DNA of 64,000 nt from the human T2T-CHM13v2.0 reference genome, Homo sapiens. Below, piece by piece: positions 11,366-23,859 of the stretch; position 1 is the stretch's first letter; every line of letters starts with the position of its first letter. The DNA is taken from assembly GCF_009914755.1 (NCBI RefSeq), contig NC_060927.1, one strand, 5' to 3'. Below the pieces are notes generated by a model, which worked only from the letters and a program-made list of their open reading frames with translations, was not told where the DNA came from and did no database searches. A program made the translations under genes and the position numbers.

Positions 11366-13737
11366 GTGAAAGATGTAAAAAGATATAAAAATCTCTGATT
11401 CTTTGAATTAGTAATTTTTGTTTTTGGTACCCTGTATATATATAATTTTTTGGTACCCTAAGTAACCTGAGCTTTCTTAATTAAAAGAGTAAAATAAGCA
11501 CAACTAATAAGCACAACTATTTTATTCTATACTATTTCATTTGTCGTGTCCGCTCATTAATGATGTAAGAGTTAAAATTATCAGGCTGAAAGAAAAGTTA
11601 ATCTGATACCATTAAGTTTGAACCTAAGGCCAAGAGCATGACTGACTGATTCTTGGTCGAAGCATCTTAATCGACTTTCTCCCCATGGATGTCATGTCCC
11701 ATATTTTGTTATTTCAGAATCTAAGGATTAAAGTTTAAATCTATTGAAGATCTTATGTCTCAGAATCCTTATGTATGTATTTTTAGTCTCTTGCCAACAT
11801 GTAACCTTTAATTGCATGGTCTGTACTCTAACATTCATATATTGCCTAAGATAAGCTGGTAGCTTTGTGGAGGCCATTATGATTTCTGACCTCTAATGTC
11901 AGAAGTATAATTTTATTAATAAGTAAATTTAAGCAACGATAACCTTTCCCGAAGTTTGGTTAGTTTAAAAGTAACTTGATAATTAAATGCCATGTGCTAC
12001 AATTTAGTACTTTTGCCGCTACCTTTATATTTCTTTTGAAATTTTTCAAAACTTTTCAAAACTTATCCTACAATGGTTAAATAAATCACCATTGGCTACT
12101 TAAGAGTTGCAATCTTCATTCTGAGTTTTTAAACTTGTAAGTAGAATTTCTAACTGCATGAGAAATAGACCAACGATTGGACATATATTAAAAGTTTGTG
12201 CTTGTATGCCAATAATATTTATAATGAAGTTAGTATGATTTGTATTTAAAACTATAATTATTCTTCCATTTATTAGGCATACCTAGTAAGTTGTTAGTAT
12301 AAATGTCTGTTATTGATACCACTTTAATTTGGCCAAATCAGAAGCTCTAAGTTATAGAGTTTGAGGAAAACACTGAGGCACAGGCTAAAGGGAGGGGACA
12401 CGTGATAGTAGATAGGATCTGGGGGTTTGAAGACTAGGGTAAGAGGAGAGCTTAGGGAAAGGGGAGAAGTGTCTCATAACTCACGAGTAAACAGGTTAAT
12501 TGGCTTAAGATGTCAAATGCTAGAAAATTTCCTGGGAATTAACACCCATGAATAGGATTTCAAAATCTATAGCTGAGGCTCAGTTTCTCCTGAAATTAAT
12601 ATTATATATCTCAGTGGGAAAGATTGACTACTACTTTTTAATCTTGAACTCAGCAGGTCTGTCTTCAGGTACATGTGAATTTGGAGTTGATTGAAAAACT
12701 CCTGCCCTTCCAAAGCTTCTTTAATGCTTGACATACTTTGAATAAGTCAGAAAATGTTTTTGGAATTATAGTAAGTATCTATTAAAAATGTGTGTTCTCA
12801 AGTCCAGCAGAACTTAAAAGTAAATAAAAATAAAAATGAGTTTTGGCTAATCTATCAATTTTACTTTTATTTTATTTTATTTTTTCGTCCTTGTCCTGGT
12901 ACATATTATATTTTAGAAATTTAGGGAAATAGACTAAAAAGCAGAAAGTTTTTTGTCTTCGTTGTTTGTTTTTAAAGAGAGAATGAGAATTATTGAGAAA
13001 GAATGAATAACAAATAAACCTAGGACTACTGAAGATAAGTTTCCCCGACTTTGCACTTTTGCCTGTGATTTACCCTATCTACCTTCCTCTGTGCGGAGAG
13101 CACTAAAGGAAGTACTTCATATTTGTATCTTAGCAAAAATAATATATTTTATTATATTCTTAGCCACTAGTGAACTAGCAATATGTTCACCCTTTCAGTC
13201 ATTCTGAACTCAGAATCTTCTAGAAAGGTAAAAAATCTTGTATCTATCTTTCCCTCCCCTAAGTCAGAAGCAGTTTGTTAGTTCATTGAGAGAAAGCATG
13301 AAGCCCCTGGTTCCATTTTTAGTTCATTGATGGTTATTAATACTTAGTCATAGTTAAGATAACAATAGAAAAAAATGAGAAGCTCCTTTATTAGCATTTG
13401 CTAAGGATTTAAATTTCAGGGGCCTTCATTAAAAGAGCATTTCAGCAAAATTAAACACACTTGGAGTTTAGTTTCATTACATATAAAAATGGATACATTT
13501 TACATCAAAGAGTAACTTACCAATGTTTAGTTTAATAGTCATGCTATGATTTTTACTGTCTATTAAATTGAAGGATAATATTTGCACATAAGAAAAAAGA
13601 TCAAATATACAACAGTATACTGCAGTAAAATATGTCTCATACCCCTGTCTGGCTAATCTGTCTTTCTAGGGGTATGACTTTTGATACTTTCTAGAAATAT
13701 AAGCATAGACATATGTACATTCTTCAAAAATGTATTT

Positions 13738-14045
13738 CTTTTTTTTTTTTTTTTTGGGAGACAAAGTCTTGCTTCTGTTACGCAGGCTGGAGTGCAGTGG
13801 CACAATCTTGGCTCACCACAACCTCTGCCTCTGGGTTCAAGTGATTCTCGTGCCTCAGCCTCTTGAGTAGCTGGGATTGCAGACGTGCACGACCATGCCC
13901 GGCTAATTTTTGTATTTTTAGTAGAGACGGGGTTTCACCGTGTTGGCCAGCCACGCTGGTCTTGAATTTGTGGCTTCAAGTGATCTGCCCCCCTGGGGGC
14001 CTATCACAGTGCTGGGATTACAGGTGTGAGCCACCATGTCCGGCC
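13738..14045 (-). mobile_element. AluS-type, antisense
   Basis: TSD AAAAATGTATTT at 13726-13737 and 14046-14057. Confidence 0.95.
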
Positions 14046-16409
14046 AAAAATGTATTTATTAGATTTATTCCTAAGTAATTTTCTCTTTAGAATGCAGTCA
14101 TAAATGGATATTTTACCTGTTTCTAAGCTGTTTTGTAAATAGGTGACTCTTTGGTATATGTGTGTTATTTTGTAATCAGTCACAGTTAATAAATTATCAC
14201 TGTTTTTAATTATTTTCCAGCTAATTTTACTGGATCTTTCAGCTTTCAGTTGAAAAAAAAAGTCATAAGTTTACCAATTGAAAGGAGCATTGATAAGTTA
14301 CTTTATAGTTTAAAAATAAAACATAACAGAAGAATATACTTTTGATTTTTAATTCATTTTATTTATAATGACATAATTGTACATGTTTTGGGGTAAAGTG
14401 TTATGTTTTGTTGCATGTATACATCGTATAATGACCAAATCAGGGTAATTACCATATCACTGTTTTCTTTAAGGAAAATATATTTAAATGTCAAAACATT
14501 CTTTTCTGAATTTGCCTCTATATCTTATGGACATAAGAAATTCTATCAAATAGTAGGTTTTTAGTATATATCTGTTGATTGAATGAGATAAAAATTGAAA
14601 TAAAAATGGAATGAAATCAAAGCACAATTAAGTTCATAAAAGTAAGGATACAACTGAGCTTATCCATATATACAGTAGTATAGGAAATGTGATCCCTCTA
14701 CTATGAGATATAGGAAATCCTAGTAGTGTAAAACCTTGCAGATATGTGTGGCAGAGCTTGAATCACATTCCTCAGTGCTTTGTTTCTTACAGATTGACAT
14801 AAGGTATCAAATATTCAGTTGTTTTACAAACGATTACCTAGATAGTTCACAAGAACCAACCAAAAACTATTAGAATTAGTAACAGAGCTTAGTAAGGCAG
14901 CCAAATAAAATATAAATGCATAAGTATCAAGAGTTTTCCTTTATGCTGGCAGTAACCAGTTAGAAAGTGTAGGAAATGAAGACCTCTTTTCCAATAAAAT
15001 TTGATATAAAATATCTGTAAAACATGAAAAAAATATATACCCAACTAATAGTTTAAAGCAATACAGATAAAGATAGCATTATATCAATTGTTTTTACAAA
15101 TCACATTGTAAAAAAAAATTGAAGGAGACCATTGAGGGCTAGTGAGGCAGGATAGATTCTTTCCTGTTCTGACAGAGTATAGGTTGAAGCAGTATACCCT
15201 TTTTCCATCAGGAACTTTTCATATTCTGCTTTTCTACCGCTAGTGTTCTAGTATAGAAAATTACCAACATGTGGTTTAATATTTTCGTATACAAAGACAT
15301 ATACTTTCATTTATTTCTTTTTATTGTGGTAGAATATACATAACATAAAATTTACCAGTTTTAACCATTTTTAAGTATATAGTTCATTGGCATTAAGTAT
15401 ATTCATACTGTTGTGCAATATCACCACCATCTGTTTTTCGAGCTTTTTCATCTTCCTAAACTGGAACTGTGTACCCATTCCACAGTAATTCCCCATTACT
15501 GCACTCTAAATGCTCAAAAATAGTGGAATGATTAAATTAATTGTGGTATAATCAGAGATTTGTCAGCTCTTCATTAAGACTAAATCCTTTGAGACAAAAA
15601 ATTACAGCTAATTGAAAAACATAAGATACAAAACTGAATAATATTCCAGTTTTGTTATGAAGAACATTTTATACGTGTAGAAATATATCTCTTAAGAAAT
15701 ATACCAAAGTGTAGATAGTAATTGATTAGGAGAGTTATGGGTAATTCGTGTTTTCTGAATTTTTCTTAACTCAAAAAGTAACATTAAATTGAAACAATAT
15801 TGACATTTACAAGTACTATTAACTGATTTGTACAGGATAAGCAACCTAGAGTTATTTAGCAAATTGATCAAGTGGAAAGAGAGGTTCTATAGCAGGCAGA
15901 GGGGATGTGGTTGTTCAAATGACAAAATTAGGGAAGCTTTAGAATAACAAAAGCTGTCTATCTATCAGTGGTGGAGAGCTGAAGCAAGCATTATAATTGT
16001 TGAGTATAATATTTAACACTTTGTAAAGAGGCTTAACATTTCATTTCAAAGTACTTCTATGCATTATTTTCTTTTAGCCTTATGATTACTATGGGTTAGG
16101 TATACTAGATATATTCTACATTTTTAAAATAGAAAAAATTTTCAGAAGAAACAACTTTCACAAGGTTGTTTTTTCTCTGTCACCACAGAATGAATAGTCT
16201 TATAGTGCCAGCATAACAAGGCAATTTGGCTATTCATAGCCTAGATTTATAAATTTAAAGTGCAAATTGCTTATAGGACTATACAAAATCATTTTGTCTA
16301 ACTTGCTTTCTTCTGAAAATCCAACCATAATTTGGGCAAGTAATATTTTTAATTACTTAGAAATTAATTGTCTTGTTTAAGTGGTTCAGTGGTTCTTGGC
16401 CTATATGAG

Positions 16410-16730
16410 GTATTTTTAAAAATTTATTTTTAATTGACACATAACTACATATTTATGGGGCATAATGTGATGTTTTGATACATGTATACATTGTGTGTTG
16501 ATCAAATCAGGGTATTTAGCATATCCATCACCTAATATACTCATTCCTTTGTGGTGTGAACCTTCAAAATCCGCTATTCTGGTTATTTTGAAATATACAA
16601 TGCAATAATGTATTGTCAACTATAGTCACCACTGTGCAATAGAACAACAGAACTTATTTCTCCTTTCTAACTGTAACTTTGTGCCTGTTGACCAATCTCA
16701 CTCCAGCTCCCACCCTATCCTGTCCTCCCC
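16410..16730 (-). mobile_element. L1MA-type 3' end fragment
   Basis: Antisense L1 3'UTR motifs (ATATTTATGGGG...GATCAAATCAGGGTATTTAGCATATCCATCACC). Confidence 0.75.
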
Positions 16731-17359
16731 AGCATGTCAGCAGTGGCTGACCTCACAGAAGTACACAGTAGACTTGTGGTTATATGAGGTCTTTGATTCC
16801 TTTGGGAATGTGATACAAGCTGTGAACCCACTCTTCAGGAATATGCCCTTTGCACGTGTATACACAAAATTTTGCACCCAATTTCTGTTCATTGTCACCC
16901 TACCGGCTCTTGATCACAGGTTTAGAACCTCTGATTTAGAATCCTTACAAATGCTGATTGAGGACAAAAGGGTAAAGTAGGAGAAAGTCTAAATCTTAAT
17001 TTGAGTTTATGTCAAGAACAGTGTTTGTGGTATTGGTTTTGTAGCCAACTTTATACTTCAGCATTAAGTTTAAGTCTGCTAAATTTCTAACTTGTTTCAG
17101 AGTTGTTAGATTTTATTTTGAGGTCTATTTCCAATTGCTTTGGTATCCATGACCCTTACAACAAATTACACATTTACTGAATGCTTATTTTTCACTATCC
17201 TTAAGTCAGTACATTTCAGGGTAGAAGTTATATCAAGCACATGAAAAGTCTTGAGTAGCTTCATTTATAAATACTCCCATATATAAATATGCTTAAAAGT
17301 TTGATTTTTAGAAACAGTTGTGTGTTTTTAAGATAACAAAAAGTATTATTTTTCAATAG

Positions 17360-17467
17360 GAGAATCTTATTTATACTGCTGATCCAGAATCCTTTGAAGT
17401 AAATACAAAAGATATGGACAGTACATTGAGTAGAGCATCAAGAGCAATAAAAAAGACTTCAAAAAAG
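17360..17467 (+). CDS. ECT2: ECT2 coding exon: ENLIYTADPESFEVNTKDMDSTLSRASRAIKKTSKK
   Basis: tttcaatag acceptor, gtgagt donor; 108 nt phase 0-0. Confidence 0.97.
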
Positions 17468-18446
17468 GTGAGTTTTAGTGAAAGTATTATTTAGCACATC
17501 TCTAACATATTTTCCAGACTATATTCAAATAATATTGCTGCAAACACCAGTATAAAGATAGTTTATAAAACAAAGCTGTTCTTCGGTTCTAGGAAATGAC
17601 CCACAGAAACAATAGTTTTACTTCAGTGACTTCCTTGCCACAGTAACTATAACTTGTTATCCCTCCCGTTACTGTAATAATGATGCTTCTGTGAACTATC
17701 GTGCAGTAGAAATGTACTGTTGGTGTTTTAGATTTAAATATGTGTGCACTCATCTTAAATATATCGCCACAGTTATTTTCAGCAAAGGGCACACGGTAGT
17801 CAGGGGACCTGACTATCTATTCCTGACTCTAGAAGTCTATTTTAGTCTTCTCGTGATGAAGATAACTTACTTACCTTATCAGAGTTGTTGAGGATTACAT
17901 AAGTATGTTGATAATAGGCTTTTTTAAAGTAGCACTAGAATTTTAGTGTTCTAAGAGAGATTTACAGCCATATTCTCTACTGCTAGATTTACAAGTTTTG
18001 TTTTCTTTCCCTTGGTGGGGGGGCTTTGTATTTTAATAATTTTTGTATCTCCTATCATTTAACATTTATGATGTATAAGAGAAAAACATGTTAGATTATT
18101 ATTCAAGTGAATTCCTTCACTCTTTCAATAAAGAAATGGAGGTTGAGGGGATTTTTGGATTAGAAATCTCACAACTAGACTGGCTGAATCAGAGAAGAAC
18201 TTAGGTCTCTTCTCTCCCAGGCTAGATTTCTTTTCTCCTCCTCCTTCCATTGGACTGCAGTGCTCTCTAAATGAAAGTTTAAATAGTCTACAAATTTCCT
18301 CACTGTTTTGTGCCAAAGAGATTCTAATCCTGCCACATAGTACAGTAGAAAAACTTTTGCCATATATTTGGCTTTTTTATGTTTAAATATTCTCATCAGC
18401 TGTATTGAATTTGTCTAGGTTTAACTAATTGTAACTTAAACTCTAG

Positions 18447-18593
18447 GTTACAAGAGCATTCTCTTTCTCCAAAACTCCAAAAAGAGCTCTTCGAAGGGCT
18501 CTTATGACATCCCACGGCTCAGTGGAGGGAAGAAGTCCTTCCAGCAATGATAAGCATGTAATGAGTCGTCTTTCTAGCACATCATCATTAGCA
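18447..18593 (+). CDS. ECT2: ECT2 penultimate exon, polybasic cluster with CDK1 TPKR site: VTRAFSFSKTPKRALRRALMTSHGSVEGRSPSSNDKHVMSRLSSTSSLA
   Basis: ctctag acceptor, gtaagt donor; 147 nt phase 0-0. Confidence 0.97.
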
Positions 18594-18699
18594 GTAAGTT
18601 ATTTTGATTTAATGGGGTAAATGACTTATTTATGAAGTTGTTATGGAATTTGTTAACTTCTAAAAATTGGAAATATTTCTTCCATTTTAAAAAAATTTT

Positions 18700-18918
18700 A
18701 ATAATTTTATTTAACCCAGTATGCTAAAATATTATCATTTGAATGCGAATCAATGTAAAATTATCAGTGAGATATTTTCATTCTTTCTTATGTACTAAGT
18801 CTTAAAAATGTGGGGTGCACCTTATACTTACAAAGCTGGCTGCATTTCAGACTGGCTGTGTTTCAGGGGTTTCATAGCCACAAGTGGCTAGTGGCTCCTG
18901 GAAGGACAGCACAGCTCT
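18700..18918. mobile_element. MER33/MER3-like hAT-Charlie fragment
   Basis: TAGCCACAAGTGGCTAGTGGC...GGACAGCACAG terminal motif. Confidence 0.7.
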
Positions 18919-19599
18919 GTACACTAGCACTGAAGAATCAGCATGGAAAGCATGATGCTAGGGGAGAGGAGTTCTCCCCTAGTGCACTTTAAACCTTGGC
19001 ATCCTATCATACGTCATTTTTTAAATATTTATATCCAAACCTCTAACCTCTTTATTGGGTAAAGGCAACTGAGAAAACCCTACTATGAATGAACTAGAGA
19101 CATACTTAATGTGTAGTTTATTTGATAGGAAATTTTACTGGGATTGAAATATGTTCTAAAATCTCTGAGAAAAGAAACGCGTTTCAATCTGGCCTGTCAC
19201 TTTACTAATGTAAATAGCTATGATTCTGTTTATACAGATCGGTTCCAATGACATAGCAGAGACCGAGTTTTATTCCTTTTACTATTTTTGTGATGAGTAG
19301 AATATAATCTCTGAAACTGTATTTCAGAGGATGATACGAGTTCTAAATTCATGTATATTGTATATATATGTATGTATATTTAAAGTGTTTCCTGAACAAT
19401 CCAAATTTCCAACAGTTTCAGAATTATTATTAGATATTTAATACTACTATTACTAAGTATTTGAGTGAAATATCTGTTCTTTATAAAATTATTAACCTAC
19501 TGAAGTTAAGAAAAGCAAGTGACTGTCATTTCTTAGCTGTGTGTCCTGTAGCAAGTTTCTTATTCTCTCAACTGCATTTTTGCAGATGATGTTATATAC

Positions 19600-19820
19600 T
19601 GAGGGGCAATTTGGGTGGTGATTAAGAGCATGGACTCTGGAACCCTAGTGTTCAAATCCTTGCTCTGCTATTTACTAGCTGTATGTGTTTTGGCAAGTTA
19701 TTAACAATCTGTTTCAATTTCGTTGTCTGTAAAGTGAGTCTTAAGTAGTTATAAGGATTAAGCGAGTTATTATATGTAAAGTGCTTAGAACAGTACCTGG
19801 CACATTGTGAGTGCTCTTGA
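19600..19820 (+). mobile_element. MIR
   Basis: MIR core TTCAAATCCTTGCTCTGCTATTTACTAGCTGTATG...GGCAAGTTA. Confidence 0.75.
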
Positions 19821-20303
19821 GTTTTATAAGTGATTTCTTTTTATTTATAAAATTTCCGCAGGTAAGACACATAAATAATACTCATTAAATATATATTTTA
19901 AAGTTGCTTAAAGTCTTCAGTTAACACATCAAAGAGTTATGGCTAAATCTATTAGTGTATTTATACAGGTTTTTCATCAACATTAATCTTAACCAATGGG
20001 AGAGAAGCTGCATTTAGTTGATAAAATGAATATATGCAAAGTAGTTTGGCCAATTAAAATTGACAAATGCAGATAAACATTAATTTGTGAAAATTAGATT
20101 ATAGCTTTCTCGAAGCCACCTGTAGCAACTATTGTAAACATTTTCATCTTTCAAATGAAAATAAATGAATTTTATAGAAAATTTTAGAAAATTAATTTAT
20201 TTATGGTTATGTCACTTTTAATAGACAGCATATGTAAGAAGCAGCTAAAATACCTTCAAGACATTAATGTCATCTTCTCAATTGCTTGTTTCTGTTCTAA
20301 CAG

Positions 20304-20525
20304 ATTACCCATTCTGTTTCCACAAGCAATGTAATTGGATTTACTAAGCATGTTTATGTTCAGCGCCTAAACTCTACTGGTGGGCGCTCTCAGTACTCCT
20401 GGTTTCAATCTGTACGTCATTCTGCTTTCCGAGCTAGTTTTTCAGAGATACTAGAAGGAAATACTGATTTTTCAAATTTCAAAAAAGTTCTTTCCAAGTC
20501 ATCTTTGACATTTGTGAAGAATTAG
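20304..20525 (+). CDS. ECT2: ECT2 alternative terminal coding exon: ITHSVSTSNVIGFTKHVYVQRLNSTGGRSQYSWFQSVRHSAFRASFSEILEGNTDFSNFKKVLSKSSLTFVKN*
   Basis: Acceptor ttgtttctgttctaacag, phase 0, 73 open codons then TAG in AT-rich DNA; 914-29+73=958 aa fits a recalled longer ECT2 isoform. Confidence 0.8.
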   Translation: MTHSVSTSNVIGFTKHVYVQRLNSTGGRSQYSWFQSVRHSAFRASFSEILEGNTDFSNFKKVLSKSSLTFVKN

Positions 20526-21279
20526 GAGATTTGCCAACCACTAATGGAAACAAGCCTCATGAAGTTTAATGTGAGCTTATTAGCTATTTAAAATTTGTAT
20601 TTGCGGGAAAAAAAAAAGGAACATATTTTTTCTCCAAGGAATCACTTATTTGGTGGGTGGGAACTTTGGAATTCACAATGTTATGACTGCTTTGAATTAA
20701 TAACAATTTAGGTTTAATAGAGTTTCTTAAGTCCAGAAAAAATAAGTTCCATTAGAAATTTTCTTATTTAGGAAAATTATCATTTTAAAGAATAGTAATT
20801 GTCATGAGTAGTGGATTTATATTCCAAATCTGATTCTTAATGTTAGATTTATAGCATTTATAGAAAATTATGCTTTTAATATGCCAAATCATAAAAGTTC
20901 CATGTGAGGAAAGTGTAAACTTTTATATTATACATTCATATCATCATTTTGTTGATACTTGAATGGTTATACTTCATCAACCCAGCTTTTTAAATGCTTC
21001 ATTTTACAACCTTGTTGATGAGAACTTAAGCCAATTACCTTACTAGCTCTTACAGTTAGCCATTTATATATGTTAAAACAGTAGCCTTATAATTTATTTT
21101 GATTTACAGTTATTCTTGAGTCTTTGCATGTTATTTGTTAGAGTTGTTTTATTTTAAAATTTTTAAGACTTCTCAGGGATGTAAAACTTAGCAATTTAAT
21201 AATCACTGTTATCCAGAAGGATTGCTGTTTCACTCAATTTTTATACGGAACGAAATTTTAAAAATTATTTAAAAATATT

Positions 21280-21380
21280 TTTTAGAGATGGGGGTCTTGC
21301 TAAGTTGCCCAGTCTGGTCTCGAACTCTTGGCCTTAAGCAATCCTCCCACATCAGCCTCCTGAGTAGCTGAGATTACAGT
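21280..21380 (-). mobile_element. Alu monomer fragment, antisense
   Basis: TTTAGAGATGGGGGTCTTGC...GTAGCTGAGATTACAG. Confidence 0.8.
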
Positions 21381-21903
21381 GGAACAAAATTATATATACA
21401 TATATACACTCTGACACTCACATATGTACATCTGAGTTGTACATATATTACAAACACTCTTTGAGAGTGTATGACTTAATTTTAGAAAATTATTTCCCAT
21501 GAAGTGATTTCATTCCTTTTAATTCTGCTTTATGAACTAAGAAGAAACCTTGTTTGCCAATTTATAATTTTTTCTTTTATAACCTGAAACACTGAATCAT
21601 TAATATTTCATAAAACAAAGTTAGGTATCACTACTAGCAATAGGCCAATATCTGTTCAGTTGAGTTAATATCTAGTTAACTAGTCTAGCTATTTGGCTTT
21701 GTTCTCAGAATGCTATAATAGTTTTCTTTTTTCTCCCTTTTCCATTCCCCTAACTTTAAAGAGTTTAGAATTGTCAGATGTCTTGTACTTAATTGTTACA
21801 GTAATTTGTAAAATGTAAAAATAATAGGCATGATACTGAACTGTATTTTACAATTTTTTTAAAGGAAAATTTAAAATATGAAATGTTTGTTTTGTCTTAA
21901 CAG

Positions 21904-21993
21904 GGTATCCCTTCTCCCTCCCTTGTCAGCCTTCCTTCCTTCTTTGAAAGGAGAAGTCATACGTTAAGTAGATCTACAACTCATTTGATATGA
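21904..21993 (+). CDS. ECT2: ECT2 last exon, coding part: GIPSPSLVSLPSFFERRSHTLSRSTTHLI*
   Basis: ttttgtcttaacag acceptor; TGA at 21991-21993; canonical ECT2 C-terminus. Confidence 0.97.
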   Translation, partial: GIPSPSLVSLPSFFERRSHTLSRSTTHLI

Positions 21994-23230
21994 AGCGTTA
22001 CCAAAATCTTAAATTATAGAAATGTATAGACACCTCATACTCAAATAAGAAACTGACTTAAATGGTACTTGTAATTAGCACTTGGTGAAAGCTGGAAGGA
22101 AGATAAATAACACTAAACTATGCTATTTGATTTTTCTTCTTGAAAGAGTAAGGTTTACCTGTTACATTTTCAAGTTAATTCATGTAAAAAATGATAGTGA
22201 TTTTGATGTAATTTATCTCTTGTTTGAATCTGTCATTCAAAGGCCAATAATTTAAGTTGCTATCAGCTGATATTAGTAGCTTTGCAACCCTGATAGAGTA
22301 AATAAATTTTATGGGCGGGTGCCAAATACTGCTGTGAATCTATTTGTATAGTATCCATGAATGAATTTATGGAAATAGATATTTGTGCAGCTCAATTTAT
22401 GCAGAGATTAAATGACATCATAATACTGGATGAAAACTTGCATAGAATTCTGATTAAATAGTGGGTCTGTTTCACATGTGCAGTTTGAAGTATTTAAATA
22501 ACCACTCCTTTCACAGTTTATTTTCTTCTCAAGCGTTTTCAAGATCTAGCATGTGGATTTTAAAAGATTTGCCCTCATTAACAAGAATAACATTTAAAGG
22601 AGATTGTTTCAAAATATTTTTGCAAATTGAGATAAGGACAGAAAGATTGAGAAACATTGTATATTTTGCAAAAACAAGATGTTTGTAGCTGTTTCAGAGA
22701 GAGTACGGTATATTTATGGTAATTTTATCCACTAGCAAATCTTGATTTAGTTTGATAGTGTGTGGAATTTTATTTTGAAGGATAAGACCATGGGAAAATT
22801 GTGGTAAAGACTGTTTGTACCCTTCATGAAATAATTCTGAAGTTGCCATCAGTTTTACTAATCTTCTGTGAAATGCATAGATATGCGCATGTTCAACTTT
22901 TTATTGTGGTCTTATAATTAAATGTAAAATTGAAAATTCATTTGCTGTTTCAAAGTGTGATATCTTTCACAATAGCCTTTTTATAGTCAGTAATTCAGAA
23001 TAATCAAGTTCATATGGATAAATGCATTTTTATTTCCTATTTCTTTAGGGAGTGCTACAAATGTTTGTCACTTAAATTTCAAGTTTCTGTTTTAATAGTT
23101 AACTGACTATAGATTGTTTTCTATGCCATGTATGTGCCACTTCTGAGAGTAGTAAATGACTCTTTGCTACATTTTAAAAGCAATTGTATTAGTAAGAACT
23201 TTGTAAATAAATACCTAAAACCCAAGTGTA
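21994..23230 (+). other. ECT2: ECT2 3'UTR
   Basis: Repeat-free AU-rich sequence from stop codon to ~18 nt past AATAAA. Confidence 0.88.
23206..23211 (+). terminator. ECT2: Polyadenylation signal of ECT2
   Basis: AATAAA with upstream TGTA elements and downstream U/GU-rich tract (TTTTATGTCTCATGT). Confidence 0.85.
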
Positions 23231-23859
23231 TTTTATGTCTCATGTATTAATTTCTTCAAGGAAATTTTCATAGGCAAATATGAATGCTTGCATCAACATA
23301 TGCTCTTTTGTGTACTTGCTTGCTTACTTGTTTATTCCTTCCTCCAGTAATATTTTTGATCATTTTATTTTACGAGGCTATCTGTAAGTTAGGAATTTTT
23401 AATCTGGAATCTACTTTGAGAAATGTAGATAGTGAATCCTATAATGTTTTATGCAAAATTTTGTGTTTATGTGCATATATGCATTTTTCTGGCAGAAAAT
23501 ACACAATTGTTATTTTTTTGGAGGTGGAACTGTTATTTTCCCCCAAAAGAGTGGGGTTTCCAGAGACAAGAAATGACATGAGATAAGGAATAAAGCTAGA
23601 AATGTATTGACTATACACTGGCAAAATATAGCAGGTAGTTAATTTTAATTTGAAAGGGAATGTTTCTGGTTTTTTACTGTTATCTATCTGCCTTAGGTTT
23701 TTAGACTATCCTTGTTATCAGATGAAGACAGTTTGCATGTATCATGTGTAAAATTAGGATTCTGTATCATGCATGGATATTAAATATAATTAACTTCTCT
23801 ATTGAGAAAATCATAATTTAGGTTTTTATTAAGAGCACTTTTAGTTTCTTTAAGGCATT

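Noticed and set aside
20370-20390. CTCF-like CTACTGGTGGGCGCT in the alternative exon
   Set aside because: Mismatches in the core; cannot be supported without a PWM score or ChIP data
20607-20618. A-run after the alternative exon as a poly(A) site
   Set aside because: Genomic A tract with no upstream hexamer; would cause internal oligo-dT priming artefacts
21976-21993. C-terminal TTHLI as class I PDZ-binding motif
   Set aside because: Position -2 is His, not Ser/Thr
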